From positions 1 to 48,497 of the forward strand of contig NIVC01001720.1 in NCBI GenBank assembly GCA_002269645.1: 48,497 bases of DNA. Reading direction: 5' to 3'. The position numbers were made by a program, and so were the translations under genes. Positions 11,268 through 21,784 of this stretch are shown piece after piece; position 1 is the stretch's first letter, and the number at the start of each line of letters is the position of its first letter. The DNA is from Macrostomum lignano (Eukaryota). Below the pieces are notes generated by a model. The model saw only the letters and a list, made by a program, of their open reading frames with translations. It searched no databases and had not been told where the DNA came from.

Positions 11268-12402
11268 TTATATATCAGAAGTTCTTAAGCTCTTGACACA
11301 GGCCAGCTTATTTGGGACGTCCTCCGTCTCTGCCATAACAAGCGGTGTCTTGTAGCAACAGAGAAGATCGCACTCGCTGTCACAAAACCCAGGATCTGCG
11401 TTGTGTTCCATCAGCAGAGAAATCAGCTCAGGGTTTCCCGCTCTCACCGCAAAGTGCAGAGCTGTCAGACATGTCGAGTGCTGCTTGTAGTTAACATCGA
11501 CTGACCCGTTCTCAAGCAGCCACTTGCACACCCCAAACTGGCCCTTCTGCACAGCCAGCATTAGTGGAGTGAAAGCCGAGCTGCTTTGGTGGCAAGCATC
11601 AAAGTTCAGTACGATTTGCATGTGTCAGAAATATATCAAGATCTGTTAACATTGCTATATTTCCTGAGGAAGAAATATAGTGAATAGGTGTTTTCTCCCG
11701 ATTGTCCGCTACCTCCAGCGCTGCCTTTGCTTCAGTAGCGATTCGATCCTTGTGCACGCTAGGGAATCTCTTCAAAATGGTTAGAATCATCCGAAAGGAT
11801 TCACAGTAGTCGAACTCTGTGCACCTATGAAGCACATTTCTACCCTCATTGTCGCAGATTCTATGCAGCCCTGCTGGATCGAATTCAATCAATTTTAGAA
11901 GGATGTCCTCGCAATCTCGACTGTTCAGCTTCACTGCAAGCATAATCAAAGAGTGTCCATATAATTGATTTCTGTAAGCAAGCAGCCGTTGCAGTGTACC
12001 CGCATGCTTTGCAATGTCCAGCATCACTCTTGCAGCAGGTCCATTGCCCGACGCAAATGCCGCCTCAATGGGAATGTAACCGCTTTGATCCGTTCTAAAC
12101 AGCATTTCAGGAATCCAATAGATAAACCACTTCACTGTGCGTCTCGGATCGCCAGACTCTGCGTACTTTCTGAACGCCTGCTGCGCCATTCCCGGGTACT
12201 GGGCGAGCTCTTCTTGAACAGAAGTAAGCAATTTTCTAAAAGTATTCACTTCACTCCCAGGTGAAACAACCGATATTTCATTTTGTTTGTAAGAATGACC
12301 CCGAAGAGACGGCCAAGATTCGATACTGTTTAGAGCCTCCAAAGCTGCATCGTCAGCTGGAGCCTGAAGAAACGGTTCATTAGAATGATCTTCAGTTGAC
12401 AT
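11268..12402 (-). pseudogene. Ankyrin-repeat gene copy 2, one frameshift
   Basis: ORF 12402-11599 and ORF 11621-11268 overlap in different frames around cat-gca-aat-cgt (~11615). Joined, they align end to end with the other copies. An assembly indel cannot be excluded. Confidence 0.75.
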
Positions 12403-13730
12403 TTAACGGATTTATAAGGAGTTAGTTTAACGGCTGGCAGGTATTAGTGATACTTTTGTCATTTATCTCTTCCGTGGCCTCAGTCAATTTTGATTCATCA
12501 TTTCGCTGAAAACGAAGGGTTGAAAATTGCTAAGCTAGTTAAATTATTTATCGATAAAACAATAAAAATATTACATGTAACATTACACAGGACTGATCCT
12601 AATTGAACCACGTACCTGGCTAATACCCATTATTATCAATAATCTACCACTGCATTTTAAAGTCACACTTAGAAGACTTATATATGAGGCGTCACACTGG
12701 CGCGCTTGAATGGAAACTACGAAGCTCACATACTTTTTACGATTTTCAAAACTGCCGGTAACCGTCGCGATTTTGGTGAAGAATCAACTAATTTACATGT
12801 ACTTTAGAAGTTACGAACTACTCTTTTAAAAGTAAACAAGCACAAGTGGAAGTGAAGCAAAAGTGAATCCCAATATATAACAGAGGACCTGATATCCCAA
12901 ACAAGTTTGTAATTTAATTTGACGAAATAAATTAAGCGATACGATACCTTTTTGCAAGTAGTAGGATAAACATTTAGAGTAAGGTTTTACCACTCAGTGA
13001 CAGAAAACCGCTCTAGTAACAAACTGAAAGCAGAGTAATAGCAAAAACGAAGTAAATATCCATTAAATGGACACTCGCTACGATACAAGATATGGATTAT
13101 TTGTATGGAAATTCATAAAATAGCAGATAATATACTCATAAATAAAGACACTGTTCCAGAGAAATTACAAGGACCGCTAGAAGTTACCTTACCATTGTAC
13201 AACGGTAATTTCTAGTGGTACTTGTGTAATTAGTAAAAGGGAAAGGATCCTTAACAAAAGGCAGTGTACATATATGATTTAGGTGTACAGTGGCTCAATA
13301 GTAAAATCTCAAATTGAGTAACTATAGGCTTAAAATGAGAAGGCGAAATGAGTTTTTAAACAAAAATTTACCTGCAGTTATTAAGTCTTACTTACACTTT
13401 CAAAACGTTACAAAAATGAGCATTCACTTTGAGCATAATCAAAGTCTTATTCAAACCAATCTTCAAATCATGCTCAAACTCTTGAGCATGGACTCATGGA
13501 GCCCAGAAACTGCTCACTCAAGAGTCCGAGCTAAGACTCTTGGGTTGCATGCAGTGCAGTTGCTCTCTTGACTCAAATGTATATTGTCTAACAGACTTTC
13601 TTGCAGCGATTAGCTCGTAAAAAGCAAACAAAAATTACCAGATGTCATTAGCTTTGTGAAATACAGTACGAGTGTATTAAGTTCCTAGAACGAAGGCGTC
13701 TTGAACGAACGCAACCTTGAACAAAGGTTG

Positions 13731-14852
13731 TCATGAACGCGTCAATATTTTGATGCAAGCCTGCTTGTTTGGTATATCCTCCGTCTGTGCCATCCCCAGC
13801 GGTGTCTTGTAGTCAGCCACACCATCACACTCGCTGTCGATATACTCAGGATCAGCGCCATGCTTCATCAGCAGAGAAATCAGCTCAGGGTTTCCCGCTC
13901 TCACCGCAAAGTGCAGAGCTGTCAGACAGGTCGAGTGCTGCTTGAAGTGAACATCAACTGACCCGTTCTCAAGCAGCCACTTGCACACCTCAAACTGGCC
14001 ATTCTGCACGCCCAGCATCAACGGAGTCAACAATCTGCTGTCTTTAAAGCAGGCATCAAAGCTTATATTGATATTTTTATGACGCAGGAATCGCTGAAGA
14101 CTCTCGAGCATTTCAACATTCCCATCTAACGCGATGTAATGTAATGGAGTGTACTTCTTTGAGTCAGTCATTTCAAGTGCATCCTTTAAGTGGCGAATTT
14201 TATCTTTTAAAAACACACTAGAAAGATTTATTAAAAGACCAAAAATTATCTGCAATGAGGTACAAGACTTTGACTTTGTGCACCTGTGAAAAACATTACA
14301 TCCGTCCAAATCGTAGCAACGATGTACCGACGTGGGGTCGAAATTCAGGAGTCGCTCAAATATGTCAGCAAAGTCGCGACTGTTCAGATGCACTGCCAGC
14401 ATCATCAACGTGTGCCCATACCGAGCATTTCTGTATCCAAGCAGTCTGTCCAGCGACCCAACTCGTTCAGCCTCATTCAGCATCATTCTCGCTGCAGCTC
14501 CATTGCCTGATTCCAGTGCTGCTTCGATCGGAATGTACCCAGTTCGATCAGTCCTAAACAGCATTGACGGAATCTGGCTGACAATCCACTCTACTGTGCT
14601 GCTAGCGTCACCTGACTCGGCATACTTTTCAAGGCCGAGCTTCACAATGCCAGGGTACTCCGCGAACTCTTTCTGCACATTAGGTGGCATCTTACGGAAT
14701 GTCTGCAGCACTTGGCCAGCCGACTGAACAGCCAATTCGTCCTGCGGGTCCGAGCCATTTTGAAGAGACGGCCACGTGTCAATGCTGCTGAAGGCATTCA
14801 GGGCATCTCCCTTGTCAATTGGAGCCACTAAGAACACTGTTTCTGTTGCCAT
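13731..14852 (-). CDS. Ankyrin-repeat protein copy 3 (373 aa, coding region uninterrupted)
   Basis: True ATG at 14852. A ~100-aa non-repeat N-terminal region precedes ~7 ANK repeats (GYIPIEAA, GHTLMMLAV, GCNVFH, TPLHYIA, TPLMLGV, TALHFAV..HGADP, KTPLGMA). Confidence 0.9.
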   Translation of the reverse strand: MATETVFLVAPIDKGDALNAFSSIDTWPSLQNGSDPQDELAVQSAGQVLQTFRKMPPNVQKEFAEYPGIVKLGLEKYAESGDASSTVEWIVSQIPSMLFRTDRTGYIPIEAALESGNGAAARMMLNEAERVGSLDRLLGYRNARYGHTLMMLAVHLNSRDFADIFERLLNFDPTSVHRCYDLDGCNVFHRCTKSKSCTSLQIIFGLLINLSSVFLKDKIRHLKDALEMTDSKKYTPLHYIALDGNVEMLESLQRFLRHKNINISFDACFKDSRLLTPLMLGVQNGQFEVCKWLLENGSVDVHFKQHSTCLTALHFAVRAGNPELISLLMKHGADPEYIDSECDGVADYKTPLGMAQTEDIPNKQACIKILTRS

Positions 14853-16097
14853 TCACCGCAGTGCGAAACGGATTTAATCTGGAATTTTTTAGAGACCTCA
14901 ATTGGTGAACTTCGATGTGTATCCAACCGCTAAAAAACTTAATCGTCGGGATGCAAATGAAAAGCTACAGCTTAGAGTAGTCTTGTGACCTAGTTTGAAC
15001 GAATGAATGAACGGCGCAGTTTAATTTTAGTCGGAAAGCTACTGAAAACTTAAACTTGAAATGTACATTAAAATTATATATTTTACTAATGAAATTACAA
15101 GACGAAATTTTCCCTTCGGTAAGGTGAACCATTAAATAACACACTGTTTGTAAAATTCAATAAAGAACCCACTGAATCTATGACGTATCTGTAGTTGAAG
15201 ACAAAATATATGCTTTAATAAGTGGTACAGCAAAAGAAGAGAAGTAAATTTACCTTCTGCAGAACACATAGACACACTTAAAGTGAATTTACAAGTACCT
15301 GTTTCAATGATTTCGAGAACAATGCTATATAGACCATAAAACTAGTTTGGCAGAGTTAGTCTACTGATAAGTAGAAAGTGTGGAGTGTGTAGCGGAAAGC
15401 TTGCTAGGCGAGAGTGCAGAGTATAAAAAGAGGTTCTGCTCAGCCTAGCTATTGGGTGGAGTCTAGCCTTGGGCAGGCCGGCTGAGGGTCGAGGAACTCT
15501 CTAGGGACAGAAACCATTCCTGGCAGCATGACCCCGGTTCGATTCCAATTTTAGCTAGGTGGTGTACACGTATTTCACGCTAACAGCTTTCTAGAGTATT
15601 ATATACATCAGAACTCTTATAACTTCTTTGAGAAGGTATAATATAACGCAAGGTCAAATTTATATTGGCCTAAAACGTTTGATAGAAGCAAAGTGTCATT
15701 GTTCTGAGAGAAGAGTGCCAAAAAAAACAATCAGGAGACTTTGGCAGTGTTGGCGCTTTAACAAAACATTACTGTCAGGAAATTTTGAGCACAAACTCGC
15801 TTTACTTGAGGCTTACGCATTTTCAAATGAAACAAAAACAACAGGAAAAATTAAAAGTTCTATTGTCAAACAGGCATAGCAAAAATCAAGAGGCATTTTA
15901 AGACCAGCCTGAAATACACCAATAATTTCATCTCTGACCATGACAGACGTTTCTTGCCAAACTCGAGTCTAAATAGACGCCGATCGTACATAATTAGCTT
16001 AATACAGCAGGCTGCAGGACTGGACAATTGGCTGGTCATCCAAATGTCTTGATGGTCTGATTCTGTTCGTTTCAAGGATCGCAGAGAATGGCTAGAC

Positions 16098-17234
16098 TTA
16101 AAAAAATTCTTCAGCTCTGCGGAGACATCGAATACAAGCCTGCTTGTTCGGAATGTGTTCAGTTTCTGCTACAGCCAACGGTGTCCTGTAGCCCTCAACA
16201 CCATCACACTCGCTGTCGATATACTCAGGATCAGCGCCATGCTCCATTAACAGAGAAATCAGCTCGGGGTTTCCCGCTCTCACCGCAAAGTGCAGAGCTG
16301 TCAGACAGGTCGATTGCTGCTTGAAGTGAACATCAACTGACCCGTTCTCAAGCAGCCACTTGCACACCTCAAACTGGCCATTCTGCACGCCCAGCATCAA
16401 CGGAGTCAACAATCTGCTGTCTTTAAAGCAGGCATCAAAGTTTATATTGATATTTTTATGACGCAGGAATCGCTGAAGACTCTCGAGCATTTCAACATTC
16501 CCATCTAACGCGATGTAATGTAATGGAGTGTACTTCTTTGAGTCAGTCATTTCAAGTGCATCCTTTAAGTGGCGAATTTTATCTTTTAAAAACACACTAG
16601 AAAGATTTATTAAAAGACCAAAAATTATCTGCAATGAGGTACAAGACTTTGACTTTGTGCACCTGTGAAAAACATTACATCCGTCCAAATCGTAGCAACG
16701 ATGTACCGACGTGGGGTCGAAATTCAGGAGTCGCTCAAATATGTCAGCAAAGTCGCGGCTGTTCAGATGCACTGCAAGCATCATCAATGTGTGCCCATAC
16801 CGAGCATTTCTGTATCCAAGCAGTCTGTCCAGCGACCCAACTCGTTCAGCCTCATTCAGCATCATTCTCGCTGCAGCTCCATTGCCTGATTCCAGTGCTG
16901 CTTCGATCGGAATGTATCCAGTTCGATCTGGCCTAAACAGCATTGACGGAATCTGGCTGACAATCCACTCTACTGTGCTGCTAGCGTCACCTGACTCGGC
17001 ATACTTTTCAAGGCCGAGCTTCACAATGCCAGGGTACTCCGCGAACTCTTTCTGTACATTAGGTGGCATCTTACGGAATGTCTGCAGCACTTGGCCAGCC
17101 GACTGAACAGCCAATTCGTCCTGCGGGTCCGAGCCATTTTGAAGAGACGGCCACGTGTCAATGCTGTTGAAGGTATCCAGGGCGTCATCAGTTGGAGCCC
17201 TAAAAAATGACTGCTCGCTGGGCTCCGAGGCCAT
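16098..17234 (-). CDS. Ankyrin-repeat protein copy 4 (~378 aa, coding region uninterrupted)
   Basis: First true ATG at 17234 (MASEP); the ORF track starts 33 nt earlier at a non-ATG codon. Nearly identical to copy 3 over the core. Confidence 0.9.
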   Translation of the reverse strand: MASEPSEQSFFRAPTDDALDTFNSIDTWPSLQNGSDPQDELAVQSAGQVLQTFRKMPPNVQKEFAEYPGIVKLGLEKYAESGDASSTVEWIVSQIPSMLFRPDRTGYIPIEAALESGNGAAARMMLNEAERVGSLDRLLGYRNARYGHTLMMLAVHLNSRDFADIFERLLNFDPTSVHRCYDLDGCNVFHRCTKSKSCTSLQIIFGLLINLSSVFLKDKIRHLKDALEMTDSKKYTPLHYIALDGNVEMLESLQRFLRHKNININFDACFKDSRLLTPLMLGVQNGQFEVCKWLLENGSVDVHFKQQSTCLTALHFAVRAGNPELISLLMEHGADPEYIDSECDGVEGYRTPLAVAETEHIPNKQACIRCLRRAEEFF

Positions 17235-18677
17235 CACGACTTTCTGAAGCAGATTGTCAATCAGCAAATAAATTTGCGGCCTGTCTGCAGCATAAACAGT
17301 TTTGCCGTAATGTCAACAATGAGCAGTCTTTGAGTACATTATTAGGTAAGAAGCTTAACCTAGGTATCTAGACTACTCTTTTTGGAATATATACAACACG
17401 AAGATTTATTGATCTGCTGAAGAACTTTGAAAACGCTAAAAGTACAACAGTAATTTGTCCGGTTAAATATTCGGTTTATGATTATACGCCTAGGAAGGCA
17501 GTCAAATCTGGATCGGCTGTTGATAAGTTGTGAAATGCAGTCTGTTTTTAAGTCGAGCAGTTATTTGTTAGGTATATAGGTTTAAATGAGTTGTTAGTAC
17601 TTACTACACGGCAAGAGGCCCAGAGCTTACAGGAGGGACAGAAAGGCACAGGTAGATTGATGGGGTATTTTTGGGTTAAGTATCTGTTGTGTTTTACTTT
17701 GAAATAACAAAGTTTAATCTGGAGCTGGATCTAGTTCTGTAGACGGAGCTAGTTTCGGTTTTAGAACTATTTCTGGCCTAAAGAGCAGCAATGAATCTTC
17801 AATCATGAAGATTGCAATAACAAGCAAACTGATTTACAAGCCAGCTCTCTAACACACTGGCACCTCGGGAGGAAACTTGAAAAATGCAATGCGCGTGTAT
17901 TTTATTTCAAGCAGTCTTCGCCATCCAACCCGAATCAGAGGATTGAGTGGATGAGCAAATTCAGCAGAGGATACGCAATTACTATTGACGTACGTACGGG
18001 TCCGCCAGTGCAGGACAAAACAGGTCGTGTAATCAGCTACTGAAGCAACAATGAATATTGCTATTGAATGATATATGCTTTTAATGTTTATACAAGCCAA
18101 AGTTAAACAAAGGTACTCTTACAATAGCTTCAATCAATAAATCAAGTATACTGTGATAAGGAAAAATTAAATTCAGCATCTCAGCATCCTATCAACAGGC
18201 CTTGTGTCATAAGGACCCCCTTCGAGTCTCCTTCTTTACTACGATAAAATCGACCCAGCGACGACCGAAGTTTTAAGGTGCACTTGGTGATGATAAGTAA
18301 TAACATTAAATATTGTAGCAGAATACATCAACGTGACTACACATAAATAGAGTGCCGTGTGACTGTGTGAACAGGTGGAACTCTTTTGAGGTCCTGTTAC
18401 CACAGAATTAAAACTATTTAATCTTCATAAGAATCAACACGTATAGATCAGAAAGTCTAAACAAATAGAGCTAGGTACATGCAATGTACATGATTTACAT
18501 TCAAAGCGCGTTTACATACAATACAACAGTTCAAGCTGCCTGATAATCACAAGACACAAACGCACAAGCGTTGGGCAATTATAAACAAAACAGCTTGTTC
18601 TAACTTGTACTTTAGAACCTTTCGCATTCACTACTTGTAAGTAGTCTAGAATAGCAATTCAACAACTTCGCTACTCA

Positions 18678-20372
18678 TCAGGAGGTAGTGGCGGGAATAA
18701 CAAGCTCCACGAGCTCGCCAGCTTTGATATCCAGTAGCACCTGTTTGATGACGCACATGGAAGCATGGTCAGAGTCTGACAGAAGAGATATGGCCAGGAA
18801 TACAGGGTCAGCTTCAGAATGAATGTAGTCTTTATCGGCCTTCAGATCTGGCGCGTACTGGATCAGCCGGCTGATGAACTGCTCAGACTTGGCCAGTCTG
18901 GATAGCTGTTTGGAGAGCTCTTCGCGCCTTTCGGTGCCAAACAGTTGGAGGTCTCTGACAATCTTTTTATCTCTGAAGAATTCTGCGGGATCGCATTGCA
19001 GTTGTTGTTGTTGCGGGATTGCTGGGTGTGTTAGTGACGAGGAAGAGGAGGCTGAGGCTGCATTGCCAGATGCAGACGCAGCGGAAGCAGACAATGCAGG
19101 AGTTTCCGTTAGCACAGCTCTCGGCATTGAGTCCACTGTATAGTTGTAGCTGCAGGCCAATGCACTGGGGTCAAGCGGGAGGTACTCAAAACATTTCTTT
19201 TTGTTTGGGATCGCTTCCGTTGTGGCAATCTGCAGCGGAGTCTTGTAGCCATCAAGCCTCTCGCAGTCCTCATCAAAAAACTTTGCATCGGCTCCATGAG
19301 AGCTGAGCAGGCCGATGAGGTCGTAATAGCCCAGTTTGACTGCGAAATGCAGCGCAGTGAAGCAGGACACGGGCTGCTTCGCCGACACGTCTGCGCTGCC
19401 CTTCTCAAGCAGCCACTTGCAGGCGTCGTAGCGACATGATTCAACCGCAATCATCAGCGGCGTCTTGCTGTCGCTGGTCAGGAAGCGAGCATCGTAGTCA
19501 ACTTGGAGAGCCTTACTTCGTGCGAACGAATCTAAAACGTTGAACATCTCGATGTCGCCAGCCTCGGCCATGTAGTGAATTGGAGTCTTATAGAACCGAT
19601 CGGTCATGTCTAGCGCCTCTTTGATACTATGCTTACTGATCTCCATGGAGTCCATCTCCAGAACAGCGTCTAGAATGATGCGGAAGGAGGTGGCATATTT
19701 GTCAACAGCGCAGCAGTGGAAGACATTCCGACCGTGCGTGTCGTAGAACTGATAGATCTGAGTTGGGAAACTCTGCAGCAGATTAATGAGGATGTCCCTG
19801 CAGTTGGCGCTGTCAAAGTCAATTGCCAGCATTAGGAGAGTGTGCGCAGCCGAATTCCGGTGAGACAGGACAAATTTCTTCTGCGGTCCACTGCTGGCCA
19901 GCTCGATAAAGAATCTGCTGGCGTGTTGGTTCTTTTTGAGCAAGGCCCTGCCAAGCGGACTGTCCGCAGTTTGATTATAAGTTTGATTATCAACAGTTAA
20001 CAGGTACTCTGGCGCCTCCCGCATCAGCGACTCTATGGAACGAGTTGCACTGCTGCTGGACGCGTAGTTCAACAACAGAGCCCTGATCTTATCTTCGTAG
20101 TTAAACAGAGACTTCTGAATATTCGGTGGAAGAGCGCGGAACTTCCTAAGCTCGTCGGCGTGCTCCATAGTTGCGGGGGCATTGCTGGGAGCGGCTCTGG
20201 ATGCCGGCGCTGCCCGACCATTGGCGGTGGTTGCACTTGGACGGGTCGACATGATGACACGAAAAGGTTCCGCCCGGTGTGTATCAGTACTGCCGCTTAT
20301 CTTCCAGGACTGGGAAAGATTGCTGCTGCTGCCTGGACTGGGGGATACTGCTGCTGCTGCTTGGGCCTGCAT
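18678..20372 (-). CDS. Ankyrin-repeat protein copy 5 (564 aa) with low-complexity linker and C-terminal death-domain-like region
   Basis: Divergent but colinear ANK core (TPIHYMA, TPLMIAV, TALHFAV..HGADA, KTPLQIA), an Ala/Ser/Gln linker, then ~95 aa (~18690-18960) with death-fold-like spacing. Confidence 0.88.
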   Translation of the reverse strand: MQAQAAAAVSPSPGSSSNLSQSWKISGSTDTHRAEPFRVIMSTRPSATTANGRAAPASRAAPSNAPATMEHADELRKFRALPPNIQKSLFNYEDKIRALLLNYASSSSATRSIESLMREAPEYLLTVDNQTYNQTADSPLGRALLKKNQHASRFFIELASSGPQKKFVLSHRNSAAHTLLMLAIDFDSANCRDILINLLQSFPTQIYQFYDTHGRNVFHCCAVDKYATSFRIILDAVLEMDSMEISKHSIKEALDMTDRFYKTPIHYMAEAGDIEMFNVLDSFARSKALQVDYDARFLTSDSKTPLMIAVESCRYDACKWLLEKGSADVSAKQPVSCFTALHFAVKLGYYDLIGLLSSHGADAKFFDEDCERLDGYKTPLQIATTEAIPNKKKCFEYLPLDPSALACSYNYTVDSMPRAVLTETPALSASAASASGNAASASSSSSLTHPAIPQQQQLQCDPAEFFRDKKIVRDLQLFGTERREELSKQLSRLAKSEQFISRLIQYAPDLKADKDYIHSEADPVFLAISLLSDSDHASMCVIKQVLLDIKAGELVELVIPATTS

Positions 20373-21164
20373 TGCAGGCGGTTCATTGCTGCAATGCCAG
20401 TCAAATCGCTTGCTCAGATAAACAAAAAAGTGCAGAAATTTTACGATTCAAAGATCTGCATAACAGGCATCAAGTCTTAGCAAAATAGCTAATAGATACA
20501 GTAAGTAGTACAAGAATAATAGTTCAAGTAAATAGCCATTAACAGCCTATAGACATAGGAAGGCCTATGCAAGATCCCTGTACATGATGCAGGATGCAGA
20601 TTAGTCTTTCAGTTGCATAATATTACCTAAGGTGAGTTTTTATCAAAAATGCTATCTTTCTTTAAAATAAAAAATCATTCAATGTACAAGAGTATTGCAA
20701 AAGTTAGAAATTTCTTGGGTACAGTTTTGCAATGCTCTTTGCAAGCTTTTGGCAGGCACATGGTATTGAAATGAAATTTTATGCTTCAAAAAATAAATTT
20801 GAAAGAGAATATAGGTAAAATAACTTATTTCAACAATCCTGCTGTCCACAGCAAATACAGTCTGGAAACTTTTGCAACACATCTTCTACATATGTAATAA
20901 ACATATATTTAATATCCTTTTTTTGATCTATGCTCTAATTTTTATGAAATTTTGCTTTATATAAACTTTTAGTGAATTACCATTTTTCTATAATTAGGCC
21001 TATAGACTATAGCTATAAGAGCATTTTTATAAGCATATCTTATTTACTGAAAAATGCCATTTAGCCTAAAGAGATTTCATACTATCATTGCATAAATTAT
21101 ATCTTAATCAGAACAAATATTGACTTAGTTGCTCAAAAAGTAAAAAATAAAAAATAATGCATTT

Positions 21165-21575
21165 TTGGGTGGTCATTTTGGTTTCAGACATTTTGGTGAC
21201 AAGTTGGATACTGTGATAGACTACTTTACTTTGGTGAAAAATGGAACATTTGGTAAGTTGGATCATTTTAGTGGCAGCAAGTACTTTATCATACTAGTTT
21301 GTAGTTATTTTGTTAAGATTTATAGATTATATATCCATTTATGCTAGCCATTCATGCCAATCTATTTTTCTATTAATTCTTATGCCAAGCATTTATGCCA
21401 AGGCTAATTTTTGTCTAGAATTACACCGGAGATTTCTGGCATAATTGTAACAAAACAGACTAGGGGGGGGGCTATGGACTATCACCAAAAAAGGGTCTTT
21501 TTCTTTTCACCAAAATGACTTTTGCTTGTCACCAAAATGTCTTATTATCAAAATGACTATAATCTAGTATAACTT
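21165..21575. mobile_element. Probable MITE with CATTTTGGTGA subterminal repeats
   Basis: gtcattttgg..gacattttggtgacaag (~21173-21205) is mirrored by cttgtcaccaaaatgtc..caaaatgac (~21526-21558). Confidence 0.5.
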
Positions 21576-21784
21576 TGATGATAATAACAATAAGGTTTTA
21601 ATAAGACAGAAGCAACCCTCCAAGAATAGTTTGATGTTTGCAGTAAGATCACTTTAGAAGATAGAACCATTAGCCCTATAATAAATAGATATTAATTATA
21701 TGATTAAATCATAGTAAAAATCAATTTTATAACAACTTGGTAGCTTAACTGTGGGATTTTAAAGAGAAAAGCATTAATATTATT

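Noticed and set aside
15500-15560. tRNA/SINE B-box GGTTCGATTCC (and an A-box-like gtgcccgagcgg near 25715)
   Set aside because: Neither has its partner box at a suitable distance, and no cloverleaf can be folded.
15628-15879. ORF with QIYIG..KRL and KLALLEAYAF, possibly another Penelope endonuclease relic
   Set aside because: Too degenerate to support by eye; needs a profile search.
14255-17106. Duplicated plus-strand ORFs (MRYKTLTL.., MGSKFRSR..)
   Set aside because: Antisense shadows of the near-identical ankyrin copies 3 and 4.
17870-18010. THAP-like fragment PSNPNQRIEWMSKFSR (and LNADAFPTV near 40190)
   Set aside because: Only partial motifs, without the Cys/His ligands in frame.
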